Source: Octopus sinensis (taxonomy: Eukaryota). From it: a stretch of 64,000 nucleotides of DNA. Shown one piece after another: positions 1-13,619 of this stretch; within the stretch, counting starts at the first letter, position 1, and every line of letters begins with the position of its first letter. Under the pieces are notes generated by a model that worked only from the letters and a program-made list of their open reading frames with translations, did no database searches and had not been told where the DNA came from. The DNA lies in contig NC_043007.1 in NCBI RefSeq assembly GCF_006345805.1, positions 8,928,001 to 8,992,000 on the forward strand. The letters run 5' to 3'. Made by a program: the position numbers and the translations under genes.

Positions 1-100
1 GCTCAAGAACATAACGAATCGCACGGTATAGGGATGGAAAGCACAATCCTACGGTCGTGAATCCAGCACCCTAAACACTAAGCCACACGCCTCCACCGAC
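1..100 (-). mobile_element. Decayed tRNA-derived SINE head (related to SINE-C head), cut by window edge
   Basis: Reverse complement reads GGAGGCGTGTGGCTTAGTGTTTAGGGTGCTGGATTCACGACCGTAGGATTGTG, which has an A-box-like TGGCTTAGTG and aligns by eye with the head at 24585. Confidence 0.6.
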
Positions 101-192
101 ACCCTACAGAAATTTGAAAACACCAACAGCGGTGCATACTGGTAGTCAAGCGGTGGTGGGATCAAACACACACACAAACTCTCATATATATT

Positions 193-585
193 CTCTTTTA
201 CTCTTTTACTCTTTTACTTGTTTCAGTCATTTGACTGTGACCATGCTGGAGCACCGCCTTTAGTCGAGCAAATCGACCCCGGGACTTATTCTTTGTAAGC
301 CCAGTACTTATTCTATCGATCTCTTTTGCCGAACCGCTAAGTGACGGGGGACATAAACACACCAGTATCAGCAATGCTAGGGGGACAAACACAGACACTC
401 AAACACATACACACACACATATACATATATACATATATACGACGGGCTTCTTTCAGTTTCCGTCTACCAAATCCACTCGCGAACACTTGGTAAAAGACAC
501 TTGTCTACAGTTCTACACAGTGGAGCTAAATTTCGAACCATGTGATTGGAAAGCAACCTTCATACCACACCGCCACTCTTGGGCC
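193..585 (-). mobile_element. SINE-A, near full length (tRNA-like head, CORE-like segment, internal TA/TG microsatellite, (AAAGAGT)n tail)
   Basis: Colinear with the copies at 9129, 27499, 48085 and 59991; ends in GTCAAATGACTGAAACAAGTAAAAGAGTAAAAGAG on the minus strand. Confidence 0.85.
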
Positions 586-624
586 AACACAACTACGCCA
601 GCGCCTACACAAACAGCTCTGCAT

Positions 625-697
625 TTTTATGTATACATAAATACATATATATATGTGTGTGCATGTATATATATATGTACATATATATATATACACA

Positions 698-749
<52 letters not shown>

Positions 750-815
750 CATACATACATACATACATACATACATGCATACATACATACATATATATTT
801 AGAGAGAGAGAGAGG
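625..815. repeat. (TA)n/(TACA)n/(AG)n compound microsatellite
   Basis: Directly visible. Confidence 0.95.
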
Positions 816-962
816 TTTTGAGAGGTAATGGTGTCAGTGAGAGCCAACGGTGTCAGGTAATGCTGAATAAGTGATATGGGTAGAACATAGTTAAGTTCCA
901 GGTTCGGTGATTATACGAATAAGATGTCCAACGTAGGTCATATATCAGCGTGTGTATATAAA

Positions 963-1043
963 AAATTTTTTTCCGTAATGAGATAAAAAACTAAGGCTGT
1001 GTAGATTAGCCTTGGTCTTTTATCTCATTACGGAAAAAAATTT
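963..1043. repeat. 36-bp inverted repeat with 9-nt loop (hairpin)
   Basis: 963-998 pairs with 1008-1043 with one G-U wobble and one A-C mismatch; the loop is GTGTAGATT. Confidence 0.9.
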
Positions 1044-1633
1044 ATACACACATACACACACACACACATACGGTATTCCGTATTCCCTCGACTATTGCAT
1101 CGCGGGTGTTATGTTTCAAACCCTCCCATAGAAATGATTAAGATAAAAAAAAATATAAATATTTATCGGACGTAGAAATCCGGATATACTGAGGAGTCCG
1201 CGATATAAATTTACATATGTTAACCAGAAAAATCCGCAATGTACTGAGTGCGTGATAGGTGAAACGCAATTTAGCGAGGGCTTACTGAGAGAGAGAGAGA
1301 AATAGCGGAGAGGTGTGAGAGTGTGTATGTGAACGTAAGAAAACTATTAGTACGAATGAATAATCCCTGCATACGTTTTACTATTGCGGTTACTTAGAAC
1401 TCTACATTGAGAGTTCCAAGAGCATTTGGATGCCTGGAAATAATGGATCATCGATGGAACAATTTATTGCATTTGTGAACGAGATTGCTGTATTTTCACG
1501 TTTATCTTAATTTTCCGCTACATATTTTCTGTAGATCATAACTAGTAACAATGCTAGGTAAAATGGACGATTAAGCAGCGTACTGGAAGATGACTGGATC
1601 AAGATGATCTACGTCGACCTCTGAACTATACAG

Positions 1634-2016
1634 TGGAAGCACTCCGTCGGTTACGACGACGAGGGTTCCGGTTGATCCGATCAAAGGAACAGCCTGCTCG
1701 TGAAATTAACGTGTAAGTGGCTGAGCACTCCACAGACACATGTACCCTTAACGTAGTTCTCGGGGATATTCAGCGTGACACAGAGAGTGACAAGGCCGGC
1801 CCTTTGAAATACAGGTACAACAGAAACAGGAAGTAAGAGTGAAAGAAAGTTGTGGTGAAAGAGTACAGCAGGGATCATCACCATCCCCTGCCGGAGCTCG
1901 TGGAGCTTTAGGTGTTTTCGCTCAATAAACACTCATAACGCCCGGTCTGGGAATCGAAACCGCGATCCTATGACCGCGATTCCGCTGCCCTAACCACTGG
2001 GCCATTGCGCTTCCAC
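1634..2016 (-). mobile_element. SINE-C, full length, with target-site duplication
   Basis: Head GTGGAAGCGCAATGGCCCAGTGGTTAGGGCAG...GGTTTCGATTCCC (A and B boxes); tail ...GTAACCGACGGAGTGCTTCCA; ACTATACAGT flanks both ends (1625-1634 and 2015-2024). Confidence 0.9.
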
Positions 2017-2159
2017 TATACAGTATTATATGTTTATCTAAATGTACATATATGATAAGTTCAAATAATGAGGGTAGAAATTGATATCAATAAATTAACA
2101 TCGATTTAAACCAGTGGTCGAGCATATTTGAAAAAGAATCCGAAGAATGATATATAGAA

Positions 2160-2725
2160 ACGCGTATGTGCATGTGTGAATGTCAGTGTGTACGTGTATG
2201 CGTGCGTATGTATGTGTGTGCGTGCGTGTGTATGTGTGTGTGTGGGCGTGTGTATGTGTGTGTGCATGTGTGTATGTGTGTATGAATGTGAGTGTGTGTA
2301 CGTGTGTGCGTGTATATGTATGTGTGTGTGTGCATGCGTGTGTATGTGTGCGTGCGTGTGTCTGTATGCGTGCGTGCGTGTGTGAGTGTGTGTGTGTGAA
2401 TGTGAGTGTGTGTACGTTTGTGCGTGCGTGTTTATGTTTGTGTCCGTGTGTGTGTGTATTTGAATGTGTGTGTACGTGTGTGTGCATGCGTGTGTATGTC
2501 TGTGCATGTGTGCGTCAGTGTGTGTTCGTGCGTGCGTGTGTGTATGTGAGTGTCTGTACGTATGTGTATGTACGTGTGTGTGTGTGTGTACGTGAGTGCG
2601 TGCGTGCGTGCGTGTGTACGTGTGTATGTGCGAATGTGTGTGTACGAGTGTGTGTGTGTGTACGTGAGTGTGTGCGTGCGTGTGTACGTGTGTATGTGCG
2701 AATGTCTGTGTGTACGCGCGCACGT
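2160..2725. repeat. Degenerate (TG)n/(TGCG)n microsatellite
   Basis: Directly visible. Confidence 0.95.
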
Positions 2726-3239
2726 GCATTTAATTGCATTAAAATTAATGTCAGAATAATAAATCTTTAGGTTTATAAATACACAATTCTTGATCCGTAT
2801 TTGGTTCAATAACACCCTCTATATATAGAATAATTAAAGTCCATTCACGTAACATTCTCCATATTTGTTGGTTACATGCTGTTCAGATGAAAGGTGATAT
2901 CATATTACGTCAGTTCTTCATAGCTATGCCAAGTTGATATGCAGGAAGCATTATTAGAAATCAAAAAAAAATGGATGTTTCTTTTTTTGTGGTTGTTCTC
3001 CAGGATGAATGGATTTTAATTATAACCGTGATCCAGAATTTTTTCTTTATTTTTTTTTTTTGTGTAGCATTAAAAATTTCTAGTTGTTCTATTTTCAAAA
3101 GTAATTTAATTCTTCTCCTAATTTGTTATTTGTGAACCGTTTCAGGATTTCAAAATTAAATAGATGAAAAATAACTTTATTTAATCTGATATCAAATGCT
3201 GTGGTTTTGCGCTTTGTTGCTATGACGTATTTCGTAAGC

Positions 3240-3870
3240 ATGAATGTATGTATGTATGTATGTATGTATGTATGTATGTATGTATGTATGTATGTATGCA
3301 TGCATGTATGTATGTATGTATGTATACATGCATGTATTATGTATGTATGTATGTACGTATGTATGTATGTAGTATGTATGTATGTATTATGTATGTATGT
3401 ATGTATGTATGTATGTATGTATGTATGCATGTATGTATGTATGTATGTATGAATGTATGTATGCATGTATGTATGTATGTATGTATGCATGCATGCATGT
3501 ATTATGTATGTATGTATGTATGTATGAATGTATGTATGTATGAATGTATGTATGTATGTATGAATGTATGTATGCATGCATATATTATGTATGAATGTAT
3601 GTATGTATGTATGTATGTATGCATGTATGCATGTATGTATGTATGTATGTATGTATGTATGCATGTATTATGTATGTATGTATGAATGTATGTATGTATG
3701 AATGTATGTATGTATGCATGCATATATTATGTATGAATGCATGTATGTATAAATGTATGTATGTATTACGTATGTATGTATGTATGTATGTATGCATGTA
3801 TTATGTATGTATGTATGTATGTATGAATGTATGTATGTATGAATGTATGTATGTATGTATGTATGTATGT
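3240..3870. repeat. (TATG)n microsatellite, about 630 bp
   Basis: Directly visible. Confidence 0.95.
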
Positions 3871-4234
3871 TAACAGAATACTGTGCTCAGTGCACACACG
3901 CACATACGCACATGCGCGCACACACACATCCATACAAACGCACACACGCAAGCAAACACGCACGCACGCAAACACACGTACTCAGATACAAATCGTTTGC
4001 AAGCGATCAGATCTCTTAGAATAAACACCGCGGTCAGTATTCGATGTTCTAACAATACGTCTAGTTTGAATAGGGCATAAAGTGACCCATTTCATATATA
4101 TATGTATGTGTGTGTGCATGTATGTGTATATATGTGTGTGTGTGTATACAGATGAGTTCGCCTCCAGCCAAGCTGGCAGAAAGACCCTAAACGATGTTGC
4201 ATAGACATGCAGACAGCTAGCAGGCGAGCTGGTT

Positions 4235-4286
4235 ACATAGATAGACAGACAGATAGATAAAGAGATAGATAGATTGATAGATAAAG

Positions 4287-4358
<72 letters not shown>

Positions 4359-4386
4359 TGATATACAGACAGACAGACAGACAGAC

Positions 4387-4453
<67 letters not shown>

Positions 4454-4500
4454 CGGAGACAGACAGACAGACTGATGGACAGACAGACAGATAGACAGAC

Positions 4501-4575
<75 letters not shown>
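4235..4575. repeat. (GATA)n/(GACA)n microsatellite
   Basis: Directly visible; similar tracts at about 15910-16100, 30630-30960, 34445-34640 and 36155-36225. Confidence 0.95.
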
Positions 4576-4576
<1 letters not shown>

Positions 4577-5104
4577 TCTGAAAAGTAGGAGGATAAAGAT
4601 TTAAAGTGTACACAATACAAGTAATGGAGATAATTGTAGAGCGAACATTTATAATTTCTGAAGTTATATTTTTGAAGATTTCTTCTGGTTCAAAAAGGTC
4701 ATCTATATCTGAATACATTGAAACTGTAAATACAGGAAACTTACTGAAAAACAATTTTTATGATTTAAAATTTCAAACCCAATTTATATGTTGAAATTTA
4801 AAATTATATTTCCTCAAAATATGACGTCAACTAATTAGAAGTAGAGAGATTTTTCAAACAGAGTCTTTCTAAATTAGATGAAAATATGGAAGCTTAATTC
4901 ATTTTCTTAATTACGTAACAATATTTATATAGGCGTGCACAGTTACTTGTATAATAAACATATAAATTTATAAATTAATTAATCAATAAGTATAATGTAC
5001 ATACCTAATTAAATCAACAATTATAATGAGCAATAATGAATTGAAAAAATATATTAATTTATGCATAGGCGTATGTGTATTTACTCGGTTATATACATGT
5101 ATGT

Positions 5105-5535
5105 ACAGGCGTGGCTGCGTCGTAAGACTTTTGCTTACTATCCATATATTTCCAGGTTCAATTCCAATTCGTGGCACCTTGGATAAGTGTCTTTTACTAT
5201 AGGTTCAGTGCGATCAAAGCCTTTTGAGAGGATCTGATAGACTGAAGTGGAAATAAGCTTATCGTGTGTGTATATGTGTGTGTATATATATATACATATA
5301 TATCCACATATATACAATCAATAAACTTATGTGTATAAATGCTTGTGTCTGTATCAGTGTCTGTGTTTATCTCCCAACACCTCTTTACAATCAGTGTTGG
5401 TGTTTACGTCCTCGTAACTTAGCGGTGGGTTCGGTCAAAGAGACCGATAGAATTAGTACCAGACTAAATATGAATAATAATAATAATAAGTACTGGGTGC
5501 TCCAGCTTGGCCAGTCTCATGACTGTAACAACTAA
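5105..5535 (+). mobile_element. SINE-A, diverged copy
   Basis: GGCGTGGCTGCGTCGTAAG head, CCTTGGATAAGTGTCTT CORE-like motif, internal microsatellite, GGGTGCTCCAGCTTGGCC tail. Confidence 0.7.
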
Positions 5536-5574
5536 ACGATAAAACAAAGAAAAAAGACAAGTATATACATACAT

Positions 5575-5750
5575 ATATATATAATAATATAAAAATGGGA
5601 CAAGAACGCAAAACATCCGGACAACTAGGTGATACAAAAAGGGACAGCAAAACATCCAGATAGACGATACAAAAAAACAAGGACGAGTCCTTCGAAGCCT
5701 TTTATCTTCAGTCAAGAACCGGATCATCCTCGCAATTTCGGCTGGATATA
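5575..5750 (-). mobile_element. Unclassified dispersed repeat, probably a PLE-terminal derivative
   Basis: Minus strand has CCAGCCGAAATTG...GACTGAAGA followed by a T-rich GGATGTTTTG duplicated tract; similar organisation to the repeats at 52400 and 60950, but sequence homology is weak. Confidence 0.3.
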
Positions 5751-6480
5751 CATACATATATAAAAGAGAAAGACACAGGCCAATCAATATATTTTGCAAA
5801 ACAATTCCCCAGGATACACTGTCAGTTTTGTACCTCTTAATATTATTGGAACTGTTGGAGATAACCCAACCCGCCTGCCGCAATGTATCGCTGAAGTTTG
5901 GTTCTTTAGGCTAGAATGCAGCTCCTTAATCCACGCACTACAAATGAACACAATAACTGGAACTATAAAGATCTGTGTGACATACTTAAGATTTAAAAAA
6001 CCATGGACTAAGAAGACGCTTTCCTTCACAACTTTCTTACAAGATGGTCGGTCAAGATCACCTCTGGGTTAAGAAGAGAAAAAGAAACCATATATGCATA
6101 CACAAAGAAGTAGGCATATATAAATTACGGCCAGGCTGGGGCAATCTGTATAACAGTTTAGTAGCACAAATCAACTCTAGTGCATTTTTGTTAACGTCTA
6201 TTAATTTATGAATCACTTTCACTGGCTTGTTAAGGAGTCCTCAACAAACTAACACTCGTTACCAAGTGATGTAGTGGCTGATATACATATACTATGTTGA
6301 TGCCATAGATTCACCTACGGAAAGGCGGGAAATATGGCGTATAAGCTTTTCCGTACTTCAATCTTCGTAACACTTCAGAGAATTAAGAGACGTACACGTA
6401 TACTAACATGTGTGTGTGTGTGCAAGCTTATATACACGCATATACAGTAATACTTACATATTTATATATATGTGTATGTT

Positions 6481-6528
<48 letters not shown>

Positions 6529-6538
6529 TGTATGTATG

Positions 6539-6596
<58 letters not shown>

Positions 6597-6771
6597 TATC
6601 TATATATACACACATACACATATTCATATATAACTTATATATGCGTGTGTGTATGTAACTTCCTCTCCCTCTCTTTCCTTTTTGCTCCATATATATAGAT
6701 ATATATATATATAATATATATATACTTTAATTTCATTTATAAATTCCATCCAAAGTATGTTATTGCTATTG

Positions 6772-6906
<135 letters not shown>

Positions 6907-7101
6907 CGTATGTATGTATATATATATATACATATATATAATAACGAGAGCAAGATAATAAAAAAAGAAACTAGGAAAGACTATATTTAACAAAGACGGT
7001 TGAAAAGTCTGAAGAAAATTGTTGATGACAGTTGTAAAAGACAACACAATAACAGAATAAAAACACGCGCGCATATATATAATATATATATAACATCTAA
7101 A

Positions 7102-7133
<32 letters not shown>

Positions 7134-7137
7134 CATC

Positions 7138-7181
<44 letters not shown>

Positions 7182-7339
7182 CATCTATATATATATATAT
7201 TATAGGCTTCGTTACACCTGTTAAGGTTTCATCTGTCATTATCTTCACGTGAAACCATGCTACAGCTACCTTGCTTGTCTGTCCTATCATCCTCATCATG
7301 GTCGCCACACTGTTGTCGTTGTCATTGAAGCGGTAGGGG

Positions 7340-7732
7340 TGGGGAGTCGCTGGTGCTGCTGTTGTTGTTGTGGTTGTTGTTGTTGCTTTCGTTGTTGTTG
7401 ATGTTGTGGTGATGGTGGCGGCACCGATGAATGTCGAGATCATCATCGTCGTCGTCGTCGTCGTCGTCTCATCGTCATCATCACAACAATCACCATAATC
7501 TTCATTAAAACATGAACATCATTATCGTCGTTCTCGTCGTCACCACCGCATCCACCACCACCACCACCACAACCATCATCATCATCATCATCATCATTAT
7601 CATCATCATGGTCTCCATCACCAACACCGCCACCGCCACAACTATCATCACCATCACTATAAGCATCATCATCCACTATCAACATCATCATGATGATCAC
7701 CACCACCAATACCACCGCCATCATCACCATCA

Positions 7733-7770
<38 letters not shown>

Positions 7771-8075
7771 GGTCTCCATCACCAACACCACCACCACCAC
7801 AACTATCATCATCATCATCAACATCACTATAAGCATCATCATCCACTATCAACATCATCATGATGATCACCACCACCAATACCACCGCCATCATCACCAT
7901 CATCATTTTCATCAACATCATTATCATTATCATCATAGCCATAACCAACGCTACCACTACTCTCATCATCATCACCTTCATCATTATCATCATCCCCACC
8001 GCGCCCTACACCACCACCACCACCACCATCAGCATCATCATCATCACTATCATCATGGTCACCGTCAACACATTC
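7340..8075. repeat. (GTT)/(CAT)/(CAC) trinucleotide field with an internal ~161-bp duplication
   Basis: ATGGTCTCCATCACCAAC occurs at 7608 and 7769, each followed by the same ~130-bp degenerate unit. Confidence 0.85.
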
Positions 8076-8399
8076 GTAATTTTTATTTTCAAGCAGAATG
8101 CCATTATCGCTGTTCTCAGTGTTTTAATGTTGTTTTTTCTTTTCACTTTATTTTGTGACAGCAAAAAGAATCGAAATTAAAAAGGCTTCTATCGGTAATT
8201 TTTAATTATATTTCATTTGCAGTGTTGATATATGTGTACAGCGCATACACTCGCACACACACTCATACATACATACATACATACATACATACATACATAC
8301 ATACATACATACATACATACAGACAGACAGACAAACAGACAGACAAACGGACATTCACACATACAAACATACACACAGATATACTTACATATGGTGACG

Positions 8400-8635
8400 G
8401 ACAAAGACACACACACTCACACAACGAACCACAAACACACACACACACACACGCACATGGAAACACACACTTACACGGACATATACGGGCTTCTTTCAGT
8501 TTCCAGCAAACGAATCAACTTAGAAAGCGTTGGTGAACCAGAAGCCATAGTAGAAGTCGCGTGGGGCAAAGTGGGATTGAACTAGGAACTATGAGATTGC
8601 GAGATGAGCTTCTTACCACACATCCACGCTGGTGC
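8400..8635 (-). mobile_element. SINE-A 5' half, diverged
   Basis: ACGGGCTTCTTTCAGTTTCC...CTTCTTACCACAC matches the reverse complement of the SINE-A head. Confidence 0.65.
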
Positions 8636-8636
8636 T

Positions 8637-8693
<57 letters not shown>

Positions 8694-9089
8694 TTTTATT
8701 GTTGTTGTTGTTATTATATTATTATTATTATCAGTTTTATTATATTATTATTATCATTATTATTATTATTAGTATTATTATTATTTTATTATTTATTATT
8801 ATTATTATTATTATTAAATAATATATTGTTAAATAACAGGACTATTAGACCTTTATTAGGTACAACATATGTTTCAATCCATCCGTCTGGGTCAAACGTC
8901 TAAATGTCTAATACGAAGTCCATTTCCTATAGTTTAATACTATTAGCCTAACCGTCACTGTGGTGTTCCTGAACTTGATCCAACGGAAGTGTACCACGAC
9001 TGTGGATGACAAGCAGCCTTAACAATGCCGGTGCTCTACTCAACATTTAAACACACTAATCGACTTACGCTTATTCCTCCATATTACTT

Positions 9090-9128
<39 letters not shown>

Positions 9129-9131
<3 letters not shown>

Positions 9132-9551
9132 CGCAGAAGTGCCAGAAGTGGCTGCTGTGTGGTAAGTAGCTTGCTTGCCAACCACATGGTTCCGGGTTCA
9201 GTCCCACTGCGTGGCATCTTGCTATAGCCTCGGGCAGACCAATGCCTTGTGAGTGGATTTGGTAGACGGAAACTGAAAGAAGCCTGTCGTATATATGTAT
9301 ATATATATATATATATATGTATTGTGTGTATGTTTGTGTGTCTGTATTTGTCTCCCTAGCATTGGTTGACAACCGATGCTGGTGTGTTTACGTCCCCGTC
9401 ACTTAGCGGTTCGGCAAAAGATACCGATGGATAAGTACTGGGCTTACAAAGAATAAGTCCCGGGGTCGATTTGCTCGACTAAAGGCGGTGCTCCAGCATG
9501 GCCGCAGTCAAATGACTGAAACAAGTAAAAGAGTAAATGAGTAAAAGAGTA
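9129..9551 (+). mobile_element. SINE-A, full length
   Basis: TGTGTGGTAAGTAGCTTGCTTGCCAACCACATGGTTCCGGGTTCAGTCCC head through GAAACAAGTAAAAGAGTAAATGAGTAAAAGAGTA tail. Confidence 0.9.
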
Positions 9552-9554
9552 TCC

Positions 9555-9596
<42 letters not shown>

Positions 9597-9640
9597 TGTG
9601 TGCGTGTGTGTGTGGTGTGTGTGTGTATGTGTGTGTGTGT

Positions 9641-9975
9641 GTCTAGTATGGACAATGCTAAGTCTTTATAGTATTCTGTATCCATCAGGACTAAAGCACT
9701 ACCTTTGTCTGGTTCTTTGATTGTCAGGTTTTTGTCCTGTTTTAGCTGTAGTAGATGCTTCCATTGTATATTCTTGAAGTTAGGAAGAATTTTTGGTTTA
9801 TAGATAGTGTGAGGAAAATTCTGGGTACGGTTGCAGATGTCGTCTAGTATTTTATTCCTTCCTTTGGGTAGTAGATAATTACTTTTGTTTTTCTCTAGTG
9901 AATCGTCATCATTGTTGTAGTTGGTTAGTGCTTCTGTCAAACGAAATTTTGTGGGAAAATTTGAAACGATTATTA
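9641..9975 (-). pseudogene. Penelope-like element ORF remnant, region leading into the reverse transcriptase
   Basis: Translation ...FPTKFRLTEAL...KSNYLLPKGRNKILD...LLQLKQDKNLTIKEPDKGSALVLMDTEYY matches the PLE motif L..D..I.IKPADKG..VV.MD...Y; bounded by a microsatellite and a SINE. Confidence 0.8.
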
Positions 9976-9979
9976 TTAA

Positions 9980-10230
9980 GGTGGCGTGTTGACAGAATCG
10001 TTAGCATGTCAAACGAGTTAAGGACATTTACCCAAAATGGACAATAATCTCCACCAACGACAATTACCCCAGACCACAACATATGATGGTTCAAATCCAC
10101 CGAGGTCCACTTGGCCTTTCATCTTTTCGGAAACGATAAAATATGTACGAGTTGAACATTGGTGCTAATGCGATCAACTTACATACTCTCCTGAAATTGC
10201 CGGCCTTGTACCAAAATTTGAAATCATCCA
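9980..10230 (+). mobile_element. SINE-B variant with an altered middle and the CCTTGTACCAAAATTTGAAA tail
   Basis: GACAGAATCGTTAGCATG (A-box region), GGTTCAAATCC (B box), GAGGTCCACTTGGCCTTTCATCTTTTCGG central domain. Confidence 0.65.
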
Positions 10231-10322
10231 CAAACCCAATCATCATCATCATCATCATCATCGTCGTCCTCATCTCGCCCTGGGAAAAAATAAAAGTGAC
10301 CATTATTATCATTTTTTTATTA

Positions 10323-10395
<73 letters not shown>

Positions 10396-10815
10396 GTTGT
10401 TATCATTATTGCCATTACTATTTTTATTCCGTTCTTCTTCTATATCTTCGACTTCACGGTTAGTGCTCATTGATGTCTCCCAGAGGGATACGACTTACTT
10501 TGCATTCTGATTTTCCTTATAATCTCCTCAAGACGAAAGTTGGACGATCAAAAACTATCTTTCGGAATATGTTTAGAATATCTCACAGGAAAAAAAAAAT
10601 AATAAATAACACCCTAGAGAAGTGGAGTGAGGGAATCTTTAGTTGTAAGAAAAGGAATTTCTGCTTTTTATATAACAAAGATAACGACAGTTCGCCTTCT
10701 TAATGTAGTTTTGCTGTTCTCCATCTTGCTACATATGGATGTATGTCCCTCCTCGATATACATATATTACAACACATACAGACACATACATAAGTATACA
10801 TATATATAATTATAG

Positions 10816-10857
<42 letters not shown>

Positions 10858-10872
10858 ATGGTTGAGTATTAG

Positions 10873-10972
10873 NNNNNNNNNNNNNNNNNNNNNNNNNNNN
10901 NNNNNNNNNNNNNNNNNNNNNNNNNNNNNNNNNNNNNNNNNNNNNNNNNNNNNNNNNNNNNNNNNNNNNNNN
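10873..10972. other. Assembly gap (100 N)
   Basis: Run of N. Confidence 1.
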
Positions 10973-11145
10973 AGTGAGAGAAAGTGTGGTGAATGAATAC
11001 AGCAGGAATCACCACCCCCTGCCGGAGCCTCGTGGAGCTTTTAGGTGTTTTCGCTCAATAAACACACACAACACCCGGTCTGGGAATCGAAACCGCGATC
11101 CTCTGACCGCGAGTCCGCTGCCCTGACCACTGGGCCATTGCGCCT

Positions 11146-11149
<4 letters not shown>
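10973..11149 (-). mobile_element. SINE-C 5' part, truncated by the gap
   Basis: Near-identical to the reverse complement of 24585-24750. Confidence 0.9.
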
Positions 11150-11190
<41 letters not shown>

Positions 11191-11304
11191 CACACCCACA
11201 TAAATATATATGTACGTATATATTCATAAACACGCATGCGTGTTAATGATTGTGTGAGTGTGTGAATGCGCGGCGGAGAAGAATTCATGTTGTTGAGCCT
11301 CGGT

Positions 11305-11510
11305 TTAGATTAAAGTACAGAGCCTGAAATCTTCATGAAATACCTTTAAACACATCCTAAACTCCTCAAATACAATACTACTAAATTCATGTAATTTCGA
11401 AATAGATGAAAAATAAACACCATATGTGGTTTTGGTAGGATTTCCTTTGTACTATTTGTTGCTCTAATATTTATTTTTCATTTCATCTGTAATAGATTGA
11501 TCAAACAAAC
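11305..11510. repeat. Old unclassified dispersed repeat (second copy at ~15245-15440)
   Basis: Shared TTAAAGTAC...CTAAATTCATGTAATTTCGAAATAGATG(A/G)AAAATAAAC...TATTTTTCATTTCAT. Confidence 0.6.
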
Positions 11511-11570
11511 ACCTTGCTACATGTATATGTACATAATTGTTGAGCGTATAAAGAATAATATTATGATAAT

Positions 11571-11627
<57 letters not shown>

Positions 11628-11836
11628 TTATATGTATACATTTTTGTATCTGTAAAATAATGTCATTTAGCTGACTACTCTCCTACATTCATATATTCTC
11701 ATGATTGAATATGTATATGTATGGACTATGGAGGGTATGTTCTGCCTACGAGGGCCTACATACATTCACATATATATATTCAGTATATTTATATTTATAG
11801 ATATATATATATATATAGATAGATATATATACATAC

Positions 11837-11896
<60 letters not shown>

Positions 11897-13107
11897 ACAC
11901 GTATATTAAACATTATATATGTATATACATATATTTATTATGTATGGTATGTATTATATGTTGTGTGTGTGTGTGTGTAAGTATGTATATGTGTACATAT
12001 AACTGTGTTGTGTATGTGTGTATACATATATACATAGCCGTTTATACATACGAATATAACGATATCCATATACATGTGTTAATGTGAGTGTTTATATATA
12101 AATATACATTTTATACTCTGTGTACTGACTGTTGCCTTTTGATGTGTTTAACATTGTATTTATGTAGTATATATATATATATATATATGCATGTATGTAT
12201 ATAACAACATACATACATACAACATACATACATACACACATACACACACACATATATAGTTATATATATATATACATTACTGTTATATGTTCGTATATTA
12301 TACATTATTGTTTGCACTCACTCAACCAATGAATGAATACAAATCAGAACACTATATTATAAAAGTATTTTTCTCAAAGCATATATACGTGTTTGTGTAT
12401 ATGTATATATGATCCCCGATACATATATAACTATATAATTTATTTCAAAATTATATACGCCGTACATATACACAAGCATTGGCTGTATATTGGCAGAGTC
12501 CGTAGAACCTTGTGTAAGTTGCATTCCGGTAAATTTTCTGAGCCGCTGCGTTGAGTGTTCAAATTTGACCGAAATCAGTTTTGCCTTTCTTCTCGCTGTC
12601 GATAAACAAAACAATGACTTATGGAAGTGGTCTCATTGAATCGTAAAAGCTTCATATGTGACGTCAGGTTCGAGACTTAATGCAATGATATGTGCCATCA
12701 ACCACAAACTCACTACAAAATAAGCTGTAACGCAAAACACCAAGCTACGGGTAAATGAAAAGTCCTGTTAATGACTGTCTGGTGCTTATAAATGTTTTCT
12801 GTTTCCTGCGAGGACAATAGACCTTGCTAGAGATCCGTTACCATGTCATAACATTTCGTTATAACATTTCATAGCAGAAATGTTATAATAGCTGGTTATT
12901 CAGATTGTATACAGAATGATATACATCTATATATAAGATAGTTAAAACGAAATTATTCCTCTAAATCTATCAGTCATTGATCTGAATCTGCAGGTTGGGA
13001 ATTTTTGGTATATAGTAACTCGGCTAATAGACGAGCCGCTGGTATCATTTCAGCTGGAATTGGAGATAAAAAAATTATAATTATCCCCTGTAAATATATT
13101 TATTTAT

Positions 13108-13250
13108 ATTAAGAGCATTACTACACGTAAATGCCTCACGCCATGAGGGACCCTTAAAGTTTAAACTACCATAATACACATTTATTATGGTAGTTTTTAC
13201 TTTAAGGGCCCCTCATACGTGAGGCATTGTCGTGTAGTAATGCCCTTAAT
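13108..13250. mobile_element. 143-bp fold-back element (MITE-like)
   Basis: ~68-bp arms ATTAAG(A/G)GCATTACTACACG...AAACTACCATAATA around the 6-nt loop CACATT; AT-rich flanks. Confidence 0.75.
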
Positions 13251-13267
13251 ATATTTATATGTATATA

Positions 13268-13346
<79 letters not shown>

Positions 13347-13619
13347 CTAGATATATATATATAATACATACATACAAACATACATATATATATATATTAA
13401 TATACATACATACAACATATATGTATATATACAAATGTATGTATATAGATATATAATATATATATATATATATAATATATATATATAAACCCAACTTAGA
13501 GAAGAAGAAGAAACGAAACGAATCGAATGACTAGGGACAGCTGATGAAGGGGATTTTTCCTTGTGTAGTTACGTATATATATGTTTGTATGTATGCATAT
13601 ATTTTATTTATTACACTAT

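Noticed and set aside
4610-4723. Minus-strand frame [24 protein letters not shown] after a TTTACAG acceptor
   Set aside because: No convincing donor, the frame runs into (TATC)n, and no family is recognised.
5784-6072. Overlapping ORFs; the minus one has FLVHGF (lipase-like) and YVTQIFIVP...W...RVGLS (Cys-loop receptor M1-M2-like)
   Set aside because: Motif spacing fits neither family (W to RVGL is about 20 aa versus about 13 in glycine receptors), and there is no supporting flanking domain.
10873-10972. Break in the SINE-C copy and the X-containing ORF
   Set aside because: Assembly gap, not biology.
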